Shown here: positions 63,801-64,000 of the stretch, in pieces
Layout: each line of letters opens with the position of its first letter
Position numbering within the stretch: position 1 is the stretch's first letter
From: Octopus vulgaris
Lineage: Eukaryota
Length of the DNA: 64,000 bases
Assembly: GCA_951406725.2 (NCBI GenBank)
Contig: OX597824.1
Location: forward strand, 84,940,001-85,004,000
Direction of reading: 5' to 3'
The notes under the pieces: generated by a model
Database searches by the model: none
What the model saw: only the letters and a program-made list of their open reading frames with translations
Told to the model about the DNA's origin: nothing
Program-made: the position numbers and the translations under genes

Positions 63801-64000
63801 TAACACGTGCACGCGCACACATACATACATATATACGTTGGGTGTGTGTGTGTCAGTTGCAGATGTAATACTCGAAATATGTAGATCACAGTTTACGATT
63901 ACGTTCGTTTTGGCCATCCGTCGAAACGACAAGTAACTGTTTGCATTTCAAGAGCAGTTAATGACTATTCGCATTGCCCGGATGTTGGATAGCTTTCTCT

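Overview
Eukaryotic, very AT-rich, repeat-dominated window. The SINE/LINE repertoire and the (TA)n/(CATA)n load look like an octopus (coleoid cephalopod) genome; this is an inference. Over a third of the window is purine-pyrimidine alternating satellite (mainly 10.7-29.8 kb and 32.3-34.0 kb), and this satellite generates all of the very long Y/I/H/T/M/C/V ORFs, which are artefacts. Real coding homology is limited to decayed retroelements: one RTE LINE with a PHD-like finger inside its RT, four CR1-group LINE fragments, several RTE 3' remnants and a Penelope-like (RT + GIY-YIG) remnant. There are at least four tRNA-derived SINE families, an RTE-type (GAT)n-tailed repeat, three non-autonomous Helitrons and several MITEs. 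No host protein-coding gene could be identified. A CpG-retaining, possibly bidirectional promoter lies near 35.3-36.3 kb, a CRE+TATA promoter candidate lies near 0.4-0.5 kb, and a few exon candidates have good splice signals. The most interesting signal is a short element at 54877-55203. It combines a spacer-less 54-bp palindromic head, a tRNA-type Pol III promoter and a minimal hammerhead ribozyme fold, and it sits next to the Penelope remnant. A second, unrelated hammerhead-like element lies at about 5.1-5.3 kb. All alignments and folds were done by eye.
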